A stretch of 64,000 nucleotides of DNA from Tubiluchus corallicola. Its lineage: Eukaryota > Animalia > Priapulida. The notes under the pieces are model-generated. The model did not search any database. It worked only from the letters and a program-made list of their open reading frames with translations, and had not been told where the DNA came from. The stretch covers positions 620,001 to 684,000 of the forward strand of contig JAQGDQ010000052.1 of assembly GCA_030141605.1 (NCBI GenBank), read 5' to 3'. The position numbers and the translations under genes were made by a program. Shown here one piece after another: positions 61,516 to 64,000 of the stretch (the stretch's first letter is position 1; the number at the start of each line of letters is the position of its first letter).

Positions 61516-63159
61516 TATGAGGGTGATGTTGCACTGTTAGATTGGAGCTATGCAATTGCTGGAATATTTTTTGTGGCTTGCAAGCATGAAGATAAAAAAT
61601 GGATCTGGGAAATTTTGGTTGTCAGCTATAAAGGACAACTGACGGGTTACAGACTAAGGTAGATAATTTATTATTGACATCCTTTGCCTTATTGCAAATT
61701 TTTGTTCTGGTTTTAAAACATCTTTTTCTGTGAAACAAAATCAAGTTTGCTTGTATAATGATCATTACTTTCATTTATATTATGCAAATGCTAATGCAAT
61801 TTAGATGCCAATGAAAATTATGGTTGGTTTTTGGATGAAATTTGGCATATTTGCATATTTAAATTTTTTGGCTTAAGTAATATTCACTGGCATATTTACT
61901 AATATTCTAACTTGGCTGTATCCTTGTGTGTCAAATTTTGAGGGCGCCAGATTTTAGTCGCACAGTGTTAAAAAAGTCTTCGGAAAATGCTCTTCCCGTT
62001 ACTTTCATATAAAGTGCATATTTTGTAACACACCACAAGCAGTTACTGCTTCCACTTTTACATAAGCGCTGTATCATAAATAAGTGTAGTCATTACATAA
62101 ATGCTGTGCCTCATAAGCAGTTGTGCAGCCTGCTGTGCTGCTTAACGATAAGTACATTGGTACTAGATAACAGTGCTACTATTATATAGTGTACTAAATA
62201 TTACCTGCACTAGATAATAAGAAACTGTTTTAATAATAGAGCACGTATGTACTTGAAATGCTAAATTATTCAAATCTATAATTTTAGGTTCGAATTCGAT
62301 TCGAACGTTTGATACTCAACCCCTAATGTACAAACAAGTATTTGTATGTTTCTCGTCAAATATAATCGACAATAGAGATATGTGGGCTGAACTAACAGCC
62401 TAGAACATCGTAATGTCATGATATGTTCCTGGTAATAATATAGCATTATTATTAGTTAATTTGATAAACATTGTCAGTTTATCTGATAATCTGTCAAAAG
62501 GCGACTTGTTGCAAATATTTAAACAGTATTTTTTTTAGTTTTTTTCTAACTAAGTTTTATTACAATTTGCTTATGTTACTTAAATTATTAATGAATATTA
62601 TGTTGCAGTGAAGATGGGCAATTTGAGAAAAGCTGTGCATGTAACTTTGCTGGTGTTTATCCAAGAGGTATTGGTGCCTTGGCGTATGATTCGCAACACA
62701 GCATGCTTGTGCTTGGAGGCTGCGCTATTGAAGGAAATCATCCAGGTTTGTTTTGTTTCAACAATTTTGCTGATGTAAATTTTTAGTATTTCTGGAAATT
62801 ATTCCACAAACTAATGCTGCAGTTTGTAGCAGTGTTACACGTTTGTAATTAAGGCACATGACTTTTCTTACGTAATAATTATAAATGTTAATTATATGTA
62901 AAATATAAAATGTAAGCAATATGTTTTAAAACGGTTCTGTAACTGTCACACCTGTAAATATTGAGTTACTTTTCATTTTTCTGTGAATAATATGATCTGG
63001 TTTGACAGATATCTAATTAATGCAGTTTTATTGAGTTTGTAACCAGAAACAAAAATTTGATTGTATACAGGGGTGGAAGTGATCGCTTGTTACGCGTTTT
63101 GTGTAATAGCAGTCTCCCTCATGTTCTTATTGTTGAAACGACAGAGAATGACTGTTTTG
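61516..63159 (+). CDS. NBAS: NBAS (neuroblastoma-amplified sequence, Sec39-like), internal exons 61516-61658, 62609-62745 and 63071-63159
   Basis: Spliced translation YEGDVALLDWSYAIAGIFFVACKHEDKKWIWEILVVSYKGQLTGYRLSEDGQFEKSCACNFAGVYPRGIGALAYDSQHSMLVLGGC matches the NBAS N-terminal segment as I recall it (DLSYAIAGLIFLE...WSAELLVINYRGELRSY...HYPHGI...YHPGHRLLLVGGC). Canonical AG/GT sites. The third exon has a frame ambiguity. Confidence 0.8.
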
Positions 63160-64000
63160 GTTAGTAATAACTGGGTTAAAATATTTTGTTAATAGTGTGG
63201 TCAAATACATATTTATTGCTGCATTTTCATTTACATTATCATAATAAATAAAAATCTAAGTGTGATGTAAAAAGTGCTTATGCATTATATATTAAAGCAC
63301 AAGAAAACCCTCCACTTACATAAAGCTTAAAAAATTCGTCTTGAAGTTCTATACCACTTATATATTGCTTTTTTGCATACACAGCTTGCGTCGCAGTAAA
63401 GCTGTATAAAACTTTTGAATTTAAGCTCCTGCGATGACCGTTAGGTACAACCATTTTGACATTGCATGAAGTTTGAAAAAATAACTAGAGCATGTGTAGC
63501 ACACATGTTACTAACTGAGTAAAATTTTAAATTACGCTACCTTGTCAGTAGGATAAAAGAATATGTTTTGGCTAGTGAGTGGTGCACCCTGGAGGGTGGA
63601 CTAGCAACATTTTACCAATTTGCACGAGCATTTTAAATTATTATTTCTAGTTACATAAGTCTTTCCAGCAGGCAAGCAAAATGTTAATTGACAATGATTT
63701 GCATGGATAGTTTTTGGGACATATTTGCACATTGCTGTTTTCCTTCCCCTGATTTATCTTAACGAAAGTGGCATCATGTAATGGTGAATTCGGAACAGTA
63801 ACGTGGGTGATTTAAAATGAAAACAGACAAAAATTGCTTTTACCACGAGCACGATATACGCGTAAAATTGTTGCAAAGTAATATGATTTTTTAAGGGATT
63901 TTTCTGAAATCTACTTTTGGTACCCCTTTTCTTGTCCTTTAACTAGCAATTAACTAGAATAATAACACAATAATAACATGCTAATACCATATTTGTGACT

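Overview
AT-rich animal (probably invertebrate) genomic DNA, mostly intronic and full of transposon remnants; it is not prokaryotic. (1) A large minus-strand gene with at least 14 phase-consistent GT-AG exons (48641 down to 6858) encodes a stereocilin/otoancorin/mesothelin-family protein with an RKKR furin-type site and an unusual acidic, Ser/Thr-rich C-terminal extension. (2) Three plus-strand exons at 61.5-63.2 kb encode part of NBAS. (3) An 8.6-kb internally deleted Maverick/Polinton (34020-42639; AGTAGT...ACTACT TIRs, 6-bp ATGATG TSD; pPolB remnants, ATPase, integrase, minor capsid, core-like protein) is nested in a Tigger/pogo transposase, and a second solo Maverick terminus lies at about 1756-2110. 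(4) A degenerate BEL/Pao LTR retrotransposon (about 49.2-53.7 kb, minus) has a gag ORF that reads SAP domain, intronless glycogenin (GT8) catalytic domain, then DUF1759 Gag, with the glycogenin-Gag junction in frame. This captured-enzyme fusion is the most unusual feature. (5) A 5S rRNA-headed SINE candidate, several LINE, Gypsy and BEL fragments, and MITEs. All family calls come from motif recognition by eye; no database searches were run.
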